Virus record (IMG/VR): IMGVR_UViG_3300032076_000020
Location: 1 to 42,132 of that record
Direction: 5' to 3' (one strand)
Length of the DNA stretch: 42,132 bases
From: a virus
Lineage: Duplodnaviria; Caudoviricetes
How positions within the stretch are numbered: position 1 is the first letter of the stretch; each line of letters starts with the position of its first letter. The notes below the pieces were generated by a model, which was not told the origin of the DNA, did not search any database, and saw only the letters and a list, made by a program, of their open reading frames with translations. This document shows, piece by piece, positions 1-8,078 of this stretch. A program made the position numbers and the translations under genes.

Positions 1-127
1 ATGACGATCTCAACTTCGGTCGGCTTCCACTTCATGTACTTGAGCAGGGCGCCAAGAGCGTATCCCTCGAGCTGCGCATTCGCCTGGCCATGCTCGTCTT
101 CGATATCGACGGCCACGCCTGCGCCAT
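1..127 (+). repeat. Terminal direct repeat (circular assembly overlap), copy 1
   Basis: 1-127 is identical to 42006-42132. Confidence 0.95.
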
Positions 128-560
128 ACTTGAGGTCACGGCAGACCAGGCGATTCTTCGACGGCAGCCAGATGACAACATCTCCAGTACCGAACAAGTC
201 CTGATGGATCTGGTGCAGATGGAACTTTTCTTCCACCCTGATCTCCGAGCAGGGGTCTTCGTTCAGCATCCGGCGGATAATTTTCAGCACGCCCTGGATG
301 TGGCCGGCCATCTCGGCTTCAACCTTGATGGTCTTCGTCTCGCCATGGTCTTCATATGTGAAATCTTTGCTGACCAGATCGACGGCATTCTTGTCGTGAA
401 GCAGGCAGAACTGCTGCAATGCGTGCGCAGCCGTGCCTTCTTCTGCATACTTGCTCGATGTGCTGGGGATGTTCTCCGACAGTTTCACGCTGCCGGGACA
501 TGCCGCCCAACGTTTACGGGATGAGAAGCCCACCTTACTGTGAGCTGGAAGACTGTTCAC
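1..560 (-). CDS. DUF2800 Cas4-like PD-(D/E)XK nuclease, N-terminal part (continues at 42005 down to 41330; about 411 aa total)
   Basis: Manual translation from GTG at 560: MNSLPAHSKVGFSSRKRWAACPGS...AEEGTAAH...FGTGD...DLKYGAGVAV; in frame with the 41330..42121 ORF across the join. Confidence 0.85.
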   Translation of the reverse strand, partial: MNSLPAHSKVGFSSRKRWAACPGSVKLSENIPSTSSKYAEEGTAAHALQQFCLLHDKNAVDLVSKDFTYEDHGETKTIKVEAEMAGHIQGVLKIIRRMLNEDPCSEIRVEEKFHLHQIHQDLFGTGDVVIWLPSKNRLVCRDLKYGAGVAVDIEDEHGQANAQLEGYALGALLKYMKWKPTEVEIV

Positions 561-720
561 GTGGTCCCTCGCTATCAACTTCCTTCAGCACGCTCGCCAG
601 CGGAACCAAAACACCGTTCGTACAAGACGGACATGACTGGGAAAAATCTGTTACGCATCCGCAGTCCGGGCAAAGGTATGCCCGGCCCAGCGGAAAGTGT
701 TGGATCTGATCGATGGTCAT
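535..720 (-). CDS. Small zinc-ribbon protein
   Basis: CPDC...CPSC motifs; ATGA-type coupling with the upstream gene. Confidence 0.65.
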   Translation of the reverse strand: MTIDQIQHFPLGRAYLCPDCGCVTDFSQSCPSCTNGVLVPLASVLKEVDSEGPREQSSSSQ

Positions 721-1256
721 GCCGCAGCTTCTGCCAGGAATGCCTGCTTTACCGTGTTGTCCTTGGCAGCCAACTCCGAGATGCGCGAGCAGCCGTGCTT
801 CTTCAACAGGTCGATTCCTGCCGGCATTCCTTTTGCGGACGTAAACGTCTGCAGAGCGGAACGCAGGTCATCGATCGATACTGGAGCAGCCGGCTGCTCG
901 GCCGCAGGCAGGGGTTGTGTTGCAGGCGTGTTGGCAGGGGGTGTTGCGGACTCTTCGATCTTGGCTTCGGGCTCGGCAGGCTTCGGCTCGATCTTTTTAC
1001 GTGTGCGCTTTGCCGGCTGCTCGACATTCGCTCCACACTTGGCCGCAATCTCCGCAGCCTGATCCACGCTAACTTCACGCTCAGGTGCGTACTCCGCCAG
1101 CCCGGGACGCGCGGCTTCGACCGCTACCGGCTCGGCTGCGTCCAGCGTCTTAAGCTTTCCCTTGATAACAACCTCTCTCGCCAGGGCATCGACCATCGTC
1201 TTGATAGCGATGATCTCTTCTCCCTGAAGACTGTCAATGTTGATCTGAATTAGCAT
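717..1256 (-). CDS. Hypothetical protein with Pro/Ala-rich linker, of the type that usually precedes DUF2800
   Basis: 179 aa; C-terminal 'SIDDLRSAL...LLKKHGCSRISEL' helical domain; AGGA-type RBS; synteny. Confidence 0.7.
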   Translation of the reverse strand: MLIQINIDSLQGEEIIAIKTMVDALAREVVIKGKLKTLDAAEPVAVEAARPGLAEYAPEREVSVDQAAEIAAKCGANVEQPAKRTRKKIEPKPAEPEAKIEESATPPANTPATQPLPAAEQPAAPVSIDDLRSALQTFTSAKGMPAGIDLLKKHGCSRISELAAKDNTVKQAFLAEAAA

Positions 1257-1288
1257 TCGTTCGTTCCTATCCTTTCCTGCGTGATGTG

Positions 1289-1319
1289 ATATTACTGCTG
1301 TGTTGTGATTTTCGCAATA
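1289..1319 (-). promoter_or_regulatory. Sigma70-like promoter overlapped by a palindromic operator
   Basis: Minus strand TTGCGA-N17-TAATAT; operator TGTTGTGA-TTT-TCGCAATA at 1301-1319. Confidence 0.6.
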
Positions 1320-1335
1320 CTTACGACAAAAAATA

Positions 1336-2724
1336 TTAGAAAATTTTCGTCAGCTCACGTGTCTTTCGTAACAGTGCCTGCTGGATCTGCTCGTCCACGC
1401 TGTCGGCACATGTGAAGAAGCGCACACGCACCGGCCTGGTCTGCCCGATACGGTGGCAGCGCATGGACGCCTGCGCGTTGTTGGCCGGAACCCAGTCTGC
1501 CTCCATGAACGCCACTTCGTGTGCGCTGGTAAGCGTGATGCCTACACCTGCTGCCTGAATATTGCCGATGAGCACCCGGGTGCGTGGGTCGGTCATGAAC
1601 TTGTCCACATTCTCCTGGCGTTTGAGCGGCGGGGTGTTTCCGTAGAGGGTTACGGCGCCGAACCTGCGCAAACGTTCCCGTGTATTCTCGATCACAGATT
1701 TGTGGACGGCAAAGATGACGATCTTCTCGACCATCTCGCTTTCCAGTTCCTCGGCCAGGATGTCGCAGACCTGCGGCAGCTTCATCATTCCGATGTAGCG
1801 CCGAAGCGTAACCATGCTGGGGGCCATGGACTCGAGGATCCGCGCGCTGTCGGAGGCAGGGGTTTCGCAGCTCGACTTGTAGACGTTGTCCAGTGCCTGG
1901 CGCAGCATGGCATCTGACGATTTCATGTCGCTCAGGAATTCAGTGTCCGTCTTGCCGGCAGCCTGAACCTGCTCGTAAAACTCCGGATCCAGTTCGACCG
2001 GGGACTTCTCGACCGTCACTTGCTGAAACACAATCGGGGGCAGCTCTTTCATTACCTCTTCCTTTTTCCTTCGCAGCATGATCTGCGAAAGCAGTTGTTT
2101 TAGCTCCGTGGTGTTCTTATGACCAGTGATCCGGAACCCGTAGTCGCTGTTGAACCCGGTACAAAATCTGAACGTGAAATCCCAGTAGGGCTCGTCTACC
2201 ACGCCCGCGGACTTCAGATGGGTGTAGAGTTCGCTGGCGTCATTCGGGGCCGGCGTGCCGGTCAGGCGCCACACCCTGGAGGCATTCGCAACCAGGCCGG
2301 GGGAACGCTTGCCGTATCCATACACTGCCTTGGTGCGCTGCGCTGAACGCTCTTTGAGATAGTGGGCTTCATCGAGCACCAGCACATCCCAGTGAGTTTT
2401 CTTGAGCGCTGCGAGGATCTTATCGACGCGCAGCAGATCATAACTGCAGATGGCCACACCGGAGCCAGGGATTTGATCCTTTGCGGTCATGATGGCCACG
2501 ATAGGCCGGTCGAATGGCGAGAACCTTCCGAATTCGCGAGTCCAGTTGATACGCAAAGACGCTGGGCAAAGCACAAGGATGTTGCGCGCGTTGACCTGAT
2601 CCGCGGCCGTAATCGCCTGCGCGCTCTTGCCCAGTCCCATGTCATCGGCAAGCAAAGCCTGATCATTTTGGGCCAGGTAGCCGGCGCCTGTGACCTGGTA
2701 CGGAAATAGTGTGGTCAGTTCCAT
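1336..2724 (-). CDS. SNF2-family (SF2) helicase
   Basis: LADDMGLGKS (Walker A), LDEAH, LTGTP, QASMRCHRIGQ motifs. Confidence 0.92.
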   Translation of the reverse strand: MELTTLFPYQVTGAGYLAQNDQALLADDMGLGKSAQAITAADQVNARNILVLCPASLRINWTREFGRFSPFDRPIVAIMTAKDQIPGSGVAICSYDLLRVDKILAALKKTHWDVLVLDEAHYLKERSAQRTKAVYGYGKRSPGLVANASRVWRLTGTPAPNDASELYTHLKSAGVVDEPYWDFTFRFCTGFNSDYGFRITGHKNTTELKQLLSQIMLRRKKEEVMKELPPIVFQQVTVEKSPVELDPEFYEQVQAAGKTDTEFLSDMKSSDAMLRQALDNVYKSSCETPASDSARILESMAPSMVTLRRYIGMMKLPQVCDILAEELESEMVEKIVIFAVHKSVIENTRERLRRFGAVTLYGNTPPLKRQENVDKFMTDPRTRVLIGNIQAAGVGITLTSAHEVAFMEADWVPANNAQASMRCHRIGQTRPVRVRFFTCADSVDEQIQQALLRKTRELTKIF

Positions 2725-3203
2725 TAAACTTTATCTGGTTCCTTTGCCCGTGCTGCGATGAGGGCGTTTATGCCGACTTGGCCTATCTTCTCGCCGACAC
2801 CTAGCTCGTCCATGCTCACCGGCCTCGTCAGCCGCTCAACCTGGGCGCGGAGGCATTTCACGCAAATGCCGCAAGGACCATCCCCATTCGCTTCACAGTC
2901 AACTCCACGAAGAACATCTACTTCTGCTTGCTTTATCTCGAGCTGGTCCTTGAGTGCGGCGTTCTCCTGCTCAAGTTTATCCACATCATCGTGTAAAGCT
3001 GCACAATCATTTTCTTCCGCTTCCAGACCGCGCATAAAAGTATCACGCTGCTCCTCCAGTTCCTTCACACGGGCCTGTAGGGTAGCGATGCACTCAATGA
3101 GTTCTACCGCCCTGTCTGCGGCCCACGGAATCGGTAAGCCTATGTTCTCGACTCCTTTTGCGGCGTCGTACAGTTCACGCAGTTCTTCTGGTATCTCATC
3201 CAT
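2724..3203 (-). CDS. Hypothetical coiled-coil protein
   Basis: 159 aa, heptad-rich, CGICVKC; AAGGAG RBS; stop/start coupled to the helicase. Confidence 0.7.
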   Translation of the reverse strand: MDEIPEELRELYDAAKGVENIGLPIPWAADRAVELIECIATLQARVKELEEQRDTFMRGLEAEENDCAALHDDVDKLEQENAALKDQLEIKQAEVDVLRGVDCEANGDGPCGICVKCLRAQVERLTRPVSMDELGVGEKIGQVGINALIAARAKEPDKV

Positions 3204-3346
3204 TGCCTTGCTCCTTTCTCATGCCTTTCTTGAGTTCGGCCAGTGCAGCTTGTCTCAGAAGCGGTGTCGGGAATGTCATAAATGTGGCGATACGCCATGT
3301 TCTTGCGATATGCTTCTTTGTCTTTGAAATGAAGGATTGGACTCAT
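3140..3346 (-). CDS. Hypothetical protein, possibly a chimeric or truncated remnant
   Basis: ATGA-coupled to the upstream gene; runs through an out-of-frame 37-bp duplicate of the 3744 gene's 3' end and overlaps the next gene. Confidence 0.4.
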   Translation of the reverse strand: MSPILHFKDKEAYRKNMAYRHIYDIPDTASETSCTGRTQERHEKGARQWMRYQKNCVNCTTPQKESRT

Positions 3347-3669
3347 TTAATCTCTCCATTCGTGATGTATCCATGCCAATGTCCGCACGCACTGGCATCG
3401 ATGGAGGGCAGCAAGCTCAAATCTTCGAAGCTTTCTCCTGTTCTCTGCCAAAGATTGCGTTTCTGAATTTCCTTTAGGATATCCCAAGAACTAAACGCCC
3501 ACGCTACTCCATCATCAATGGCATTTGAGAAGAAGACAGCAATCCTTTGATCTATGCAATGGGGACAGTTAAAGCTAATCCCTATATGCCAACGCTTGCC
3601 CTGAAACTCAGGGACAGACTGATAACTACCAAACCCTATCCAACGGGGATCAAGTTCTGTAAGGCGCAT
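3343..3669 (-). CDS. Conserved phage hypothetical protein with Cys/His motifs (DUF6527-like)
   Basis: MRLTELDPRW...FNCPHC...LSLLPSI...CGHWHGYITNG. Confidence 0.7.
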   Translation of the reverse strand: MRLTELDPRWIGFGSYQSVPEFQGKRWHIGISFNCPHCIDQRIAVFFSNAIDDGVAWAFSSWDILKEIQKRNLWQRTGESFEDLSLLPSIDASACGHWHGYITNGEIK

Positions 3670-3743
3670 TCAATATCCCCTCTTTCTCCCAATCGCCTTT
3701 CTATACTGCTCAGTCATGGGCTGCTTTACTTCCTGCTCTGCTG

Positions 3744-4037
3744 TCATTTCATGCCTCGTTTCAGTTCGGCCAGTGCAGCTTGTCTAGCGGCGAGGATGCG
3801 CTCTCTTAATGGCTTCTCTTTCCAATAGGACCATTCAGAATTGAACGCTGCTCCTAACCACAGAATCTCTTCCTCCACCAGCCTGATCTGCTCAAGGCGT
3901 TCGCGGGTATACTCGGCGGCTGCTGCCCATGTATACGAAGTATACGGACCATGAGCCACAAGATCCTGTCCGCTAAGAGTTTGATATTCATAGACTGTTT
4001 CCCACGTCTCCCGCACTAGCTTCTCCTGCTCAGTCAT
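3744..4037 (-). CDS. Hypothetical protein
   Basis: Start MTEQEKLV preceded by AAGGAG; 97 aa. Confidence 0.65.
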   Translation of the reverse strand: MTEQEKLVRETWETVYEYQTLSGQDLVAHGPYTSYTWAAAAEYTRERLEQIRLVEEEILWLGAAFNSEWSYWKEKPLRERILAARQAALAELKRGMK

Positions 4038-4224
4038 GGAGCTGCTCCTTTTTGGCAAACCACCAACGCGAAATCTTCAAAGGAAGGATAATAAACAATA
4101 CGCTGTGAATTAGCGCGTCCGGGTTATACCATTCAGCTGAAGGATGCTGCGAATACCAACCTGTCACAATGCCGAGGTAATAAACAATACACAAGATCCA
4201 TACAAAATAGCTCTCAATGCTCAC
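4030..4224 (-). CDS. Small membrane protein (two hydrophobic segments)
   Basis: YFVWILCIVYYLGIV and LIHSVLFIILPL; GAAGGAG RBS; GTGA coupling. Confidence 0.6.
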   Translation of the reverse strand: MSIESYFVWILCIVYYLGIVTGWYSQHPSAEWYNPDALIHSVLFIILPLKISRWWFAKKEQLHD

Positions 4225-4397
4225 GGCTGCTCCTTCCCTTTCGCCCTGTTAAAGCTGTCAATATGGGCATACATAACTGGACCGCCTACTTTTCCAGCCA
4301 AGCTCATCTGCTTTCCGCAATTCCGGCAGTTTGGCCTGCGCTTTCCAACTATCATGAGTTGAGCACCGCATTTGCAGGAAAACTGATATATGCTCAC
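4221..4397 (-). CDS. 58-aa zinc-ribbon-like protein (below the ORF-track cut-off)
   Basis: Manual translation MSIYQFSCKCGAQLMIVGKRRPNCRNCGKQM...KGKEQP; flanked by identical 22-bp junction repeats; GTGA coupling at both ends. Confidence 0.6.
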   Translation of the reverse strand: MSIYQFSCKCGAQLMIVGKRRPNCRNCGKQMSLAGKVGGPVMYAHIDSFNRAKGKEQP

Positions 4398-4630
4398 GGC
4401 TGCTCCTTCCCCGCGTCGAGGGCGGCACGTGCTCTACGTGCGATGATTTCGCATACGTCACCTTCGCCTACAGCAAAGTTCGCTATTGTACGCAACGCTT
4501 CCCGCAGTCTGTCGCGCTCTGCTTCCGCTGCGCTCAACTGCTCATCTTTCTCTTTCAGCGTGCGGATAAGTTGAGCGCGGCCCATCATTGCGTCGTACGA
4601 TCCATTAGGGTCGTTCATCAGGATGTTCAT
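4394..4630 (-). CDS. Hypothetical protein
   Basis: AEAERDRLREALRTIA...IARRARAAL, a pattern common in phage early proteins; coupled to neighbours. Confidence 0.7.
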   Translation of the reverse strand: MNILMNDPNGSYDAMMGRAQLIRTLKEKDEQLSAAEAERDRLREALRTIANFAVGEGDVCEIIARRARAALDAGKEQP

Positions 4631-4845
4631 ACTGTCTCCTTCCGCTCTGCCCGCTTGATCTCGCGCTCAATGTACCACACCGCTTTCTTGAGGTCTTCCA
4701 CTGCGGCGTTCTGCTTGAGCCCCGCGCGCCAGATGTACTTGATTGCGTTGCCGAGGCAGAACCCCATGTGCTCGGTGACCTGGATGCACTCGATGCCACT
4801 GGGGTGAGAGCGATAGTGATCGGGGTTAATTGGGTCGCTGGGCAT
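4627..4845 (-). CDS. DUF3310 (SaV-like / T7 gp1.7-related) protein
   Basis: INPDHY...IECIQV...GFCLGNAIKYIWRAGLK...EDLKKAVWY. Confidence 0.88.
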   Translation of the reverse strand: MPSDPINPDHYRSHPSGIECIQVTEHMGFCLGNAIKYIWRAGLKQNAAVEDLKKAVWYIEREIKRAERKETV

Positions 4846-5014
4846 TCTCGACCTCGAGATCGTTAAGCAGGCGCCGTTCTGCGATGCCGGCGTTCATGAT
4901 GAGCTGCTGCGCCAGCACACGGGCAGACTCCGGAGAGATCCGGACTGAGCATTCAGCCATGCGCAGCCGAATTTCCTTGTTGCCTTTCGCCATGTAGGTT
5001 TCAATGTCGGTCAT
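4826..5014 (-). CDS. Hypothetical protein
   Basis: Start MTDIETY with AAGGA RBS, ATGA-coupled to the upstream gene. Confidence 0.55.
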   Translation of the reverse strand: MTDIETYMAKGNKEIRLRMAECSVRISPESARVLAQQLIMNAGIAERRLLNDLEVENAQRPN

Positions 5015-5196
5015 GCGAGTTCCTTCATTTTTGCCGAGAGGATTTCCGCTGCGTCCAGGCTGGCCTGGGTGTCGTGTGCGTTCTCGAGCAGCAGGTAGCG
5101 CAATGCGTGGCAGCATTTATACCAGGCCCAATCACGGTCCACCTTCCGGCGATACGGAGGGCAGATCAGATACAGGAGGGTTTTGAAGAGAGTCAT
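5011..5196 (-). CDS. Hypothetical protein
   Basis: 61-aa ORF tiling the operon. Confidence 0.55.
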   Translation of the reverse strand: MTLFKTLLYLICPPYRRKVDRDWAWYKCCHALRYLLLENAHDTQASLDAAEILSAKMKELA

Positions 5197-5197
5197 C

Positions 5198-5554
5198 TCA
5201 GCGCCCTTCCACTTTGGCGACAGCTGCGGCCCACTTGGCTTGTGCTTGACGCTGCTGCGGCCCGTCGAAGATGCCCAGCATTTCGTTTACAACCTCAACG
5301 TCGATTATGCCGCTGTCGGGAACGATGGCGCGAGCAAGAAACTCCTGCGCTTTTACCACGAGCGCATTCAATTCATCGCCGCCTTCATACATCTCCGGCG
5401 CTGCTGAGATGAGGCGGGCGTTAGCTTCGCGTGGCGCATTGTGTCCATAGCCACGCATCTCTGCCACCATGCCATCGTTGGCGAAAATGTAGTCTGGCTC
5501 TACTGGATCGTCGGTCCACCACGGTCCCGGCGTGTGCTTGAATGTGTCCTTCAT
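5198..5554 (-). CDS. Conserved phage hypothetical protein
   Basis: KHTPGPW...ANARLISAAPEM signature. Confidence 0.75.
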   Translation of the reverse strand: MKDTFKHTPGPWWTDDPVEPDYIFANDGMVAEMRGYGHNAPREANARLISAAPEMYEGGDELNALVVKAQEFLARAIVPDSGIIDVEVVNEMLGIFDGPQQRQAQAKWAAAVAKVEGR

Positions 5555-6066
5555 GCGACACCCCCGTTGACTGCCCCTAGCTTTAAGTGCGCTACCTGCA
5601 TCGCTCCGTAGTAAGCCAGAAGCGCGGCTTCAGCCCTGCCATCGAGGCCGGCGCCGCGCGGGCCGTGGAACTGGCGCGCGAAGGTTGGGAAGAGTTCCGT
5701 GGCCAGCAGGACTGACTTCGATTTGTCCTGCCCGCGCAGGTGCATCTGCTGCTTCCACTTCTGGGCGGAAACGTTCAGCATGGGTACTCCCATGCATTCG
5801 AGGATCCCCAGGATGCGGCCGTAGTTTGCGCCGAAGGCGAACTGCCCACCCTGCCGCGGGCGAGACTGAACCATCTCGACTACGGCCAGATCAATCTTGC
5901 TCAAGCCGATCATGTACGTGAGCTGCTTGCCGTCCACATCGAGCGCCGACTTGCCGCGCGAGGCTTTTACGGTCGGCATGTCGCAGACGTTGACGAGTTG
6001 TTTAGAACGAGATGCGAACCAGGCCAATCCCCCACCTACACCGGGGTCAATACCTAAAATGATCAC
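5551..6066 (-). CDS. ruvC: RuvC-like Holliday junction resolvase
   Basis: ILGIDPGVGGG, VVEMV, FAFGANYG, QKWK, DGRAEAALLAYYG. Confidence 0.85.
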   Translation of the reverse strand: MIILGIDPGVGGGLAWFASRSKQLVNVCDMPTVKASRGKSALDVDGKQLTYMIGLSKIDLAVVEMVQSRPRQGGQFAFGANYGRILGILECMGVPMLNVSAQKWKQQMHLRGQDKSKSVLLATELFPTFARQFHGPRGAGLDGRAEAALLAYYGAMQVAHLKLGAVNGGVA

Positions 6067-6080
6067 GATAAATCTCCCCT

Positions 6081-6365
6081 TTAAATTGATTTCGGCGTGC
6101 CGTAGTCTATGCGCTCCGGTAGCCAGTCCTGCGATGTGATGAGCACGCCTTCGCGCCGGGCGACCGCGTGCAGCTTGTCAACTGCGGAGCTGGGAACCAT
6201 GCCGCCGGTCCCGTAGGGCCGGGCATACTGCCAGCGATAGATTGTGATGCGAGAGCAGCCCAGGAACTGGGCCAGTTGATTTTCGCCGCCGAACTTGGCT
6301 ATAACCTTCGCTGCCTGGTTATAGGTCGGGCGTCCGTACTTGCCGCTTCCACGTTCGATCGGCAT
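6081..6365 (-). CDS. Cro-like HTH transcription regulator
   Basis: VIAKFGGENQLAQFLGCSRITIYRW...GGMVP; divergent from the repressor. Confidence 0.8.
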   Translation of the reverse strand: MPIERGSGKYGRPTYNQAAKVIAKFGGENQLAQFLGCSRITIYRWQYARPYGTGGMVPSSAVDKLHAVARREGVLITSQDWLPERIDYGTPKSI

Positions 6366-6385
6366 TCAATTTCCTTTCCACCACA

Positions 6386-6548
6386 TATTACGATAATCAC
6401 AACACAATTGCTACCACAAAACACATAAGAATGTTGAAAATACGCGGTACGGTAGTTACTAACTAAGGTACCGGATGGTAGGGAGGTTTGTACCGAAACG
6501 GGAATGGTGGTAAAAATAAATTTCAAACATGTAACGAAAATCGTTATA
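6386..6548. promoter_or_regulatory. Genetic-switch intergenic region with two operator-like palindromes
   Basis: TATTACGA-TAA-TCACAACA (6386-6404) and TGTAACGA-AAA-TCGTTATA (6530-6548). Confidence 0.6.
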
Positions 6549-6598
6549 CACTCACAATCGAGTATTGGACATCTTAGATCCGATACGGAGGGTGCATC

Positions 6599-7195
6599 AT
6601 GAAAACCGCGATGAATAAAGCGTGGTTTCTCTCGCAGTTTGCCGCCAGGAAGACCAGCCAGCGGCAGCTAGCGTTCAAGATGGGGATGGAGCCCAGCGCT
6701 TTGTCCCTGATCGTAAACGGGAAGAGGAAACTCTCTGCCGTTGAAGCAGGAGATCTGGCCAAGCACCTGGGGACCACGCTCGAGGATGTGATGCGCCACG
6801 CCGGCGCCAGCGTCCCAAACCATACTGGAAGGGATGTGCCGATCGTAGGCACAGCCACAGACAAGCTCGAGGTAAGGATGACACGGCCGCACGGGCCGCA
6901 GAACGTGGCAGCCCCTGCCGGCTGCCAGAACTGCCGCGCCATTCGGGTGCAGGCCGAGGGATTCTTTATGGATGGGTGGCTGTTGTTCTATCGCCCAACT
7001 GATGAAGTATCGCCAGAGGCACTGGGGAATCTCTGCATCGTTCAGCCTGTGGATGACAACAGGTTTTATGTTCGCCACGTCACCAGGGGATATGAGGCAG
7101 GATGGTTTAATCTCAACCCGTTGGGATCCGGACCAACAGAGCACGCCAGGCTGAAGAGTGCCGCGCCCATTTGCTGGTCGAAGCAGCAGAGATAA
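6599..7195 (+). CDS. CI-like repressor (XRE HTH plus S24-like C-terminal domain)
   Basis: SQRQLAFKMGMEPSALSLIVNGKRKL HTH; VPIVG...AIRVQ...DGWLLFY C-terminal domain; GGAGG RBS. Confidence 0.85.
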   Translation: MKTAMNKAWFLSQFAARKTSQRQLAFKMGMEPSALSLIVNGKRKLSAVEAGDLAKHLGTTLEDVMRHAGASVPNHTGRDVPIVGTATDKLEVRMTRPHGPQNVAAPAGCQNCRAIRVQAEGFFMDGWLLFYRPTDEVSPEALGNLCIVQPVDDNRFYVRHVTRGYEAGWFNLNPLGSGPTEHARLKSAAPICWSKQQR

Positions 7196-7305
7196 ACTAA
7201 GTTCGGCAAATCCAACGCGAGGGTGCGGCCTTCAGGTCTCAGCCGAGGAAACACCCCCGCGTGCCGCCAGTTTGGTGTAATTCCAAAAATCTGACGAGAA
7301 AAGAG

Positions 7306-7336
7306 AAATCCCCCAGTTGAACCTGGGGGATTTTTT
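7306..7336 (+). terminator. Intrinsic terminator, probably bidirectional
   Basis: AAATCCCCCAG-TTGAAC-CTGGGGGATTT followed by a T-run; lies between convergent genes. Confidence 0.8.
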
Positions 7337-7355
7337 GTCAGGCGACGATTTTCGG

Positions 7356-8078
7356 TTAATCGAAGATTGAGAAAGTATCGCCAGGGTTTGGGATTGAGAA
7401 CTCAGGTTGCCTGGCGATCTGGGAATTGGTTTTCGGAGCGGGGGCAACTATAGGAACGCGCTCAAGCAGCCGGCCGTCTTTTCTGAGGATGTTGTGGGCG
7501 GGAACGGTATCGAAGGCCAGGCCACGGGCATACTTGGTTTGAGGCTTACGAACGAAATCAGGGATGTGGATCCGCATAGACTCAAGTCGGATAACCCAAT
7601 GCATGTGGACCTTGAACACTACGCCGGCTGCTTTGAGCCTGCGAAGCTTTTTGCCGACTAGAGCCTGGGTCCATCCTGGCTGCCTGTCTACCAATGCAGC
7701 GTATATGTCGGAGGTATGCACGCCAGTGTTCGGGTGGGGCTTCAACATTTCGATGAGAGCACGGAGCAGCTCATCCCCATGCGCCAGGGAGTCGGCTTTA
7801 CCGACTCGAGCGAATGACATGGAATAGACTCCGCGCGAGAGTCTTTTAACGAGCCCCCGCTCGAGCATGACCCCGAGAGCCTGGGCCACCATGGGAACGG
7901 ACGTTTTCCGCCGTTTGCGTTTAGGGAGAGCCGCGGCAATTTCGGATGGAGTCCCCATGCCGTATTGCTTGCAATAGTCGCGAATGTGTTGGTGGTAGTT
8001 GATAGCGTAGGACACTTTCCCTCCTGCGTAGAACACTTGTTCTAGGGTGTGTTCTATGTGGCTTGGGCCAGCAAACAC
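7356..8078 (-). CDS. Putative tandem winged-helix DNA-binding protein (start uncertain)
   Basis: TPSEIAAAL...VAQALGVMLERGLVKRLSRGVY and TSDIYAAL...VGKKLRRLKAAGVV resemble wHTH units. Confidence 0.6.
   Translation of the reverse strand: MFAGPSHIEHTLEQVFYAGGKVSYAINYHQHIRDYCKQYGMGTPSEIAAALPKRKRRKTSVPMVAQALGVMLERGLVKRLSRGVYSMSFARVGKADSLAHGDELLRALIEMLKPHPNTGVHTSDIYAALVDRQPGWTQALVGKKLRRLKAAGVVFKVHMHWVIRLESMRIHIPDFVRKPQTKYARGLAFDTVPAHNILRKDGRLLERVPIVAPAPKTNSQIARQPEFSIPNPGDTFSIFD

Noticed and set aside
4217-4411. 22-bp direct repeats as a mini-CRISPR or attC sites
   Set aside because: Only two exact copies, the spacer is a whole ORF, and the repeat is non-palindromic and consists of RBS, stop and start
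7200-7270. c-di-GMP riboswitch or hammerhead ribozyme
   Set aside because: GGCAAA and GAAAC fragments are present but the remaining consensus cores are missing
8029-8044. GAAC-N4-GTTC as a LexA SOS box
   Set aside because: It is formed by two of ten TAGAACA copies with variable spacing, which fits iterons better; not fully excluded
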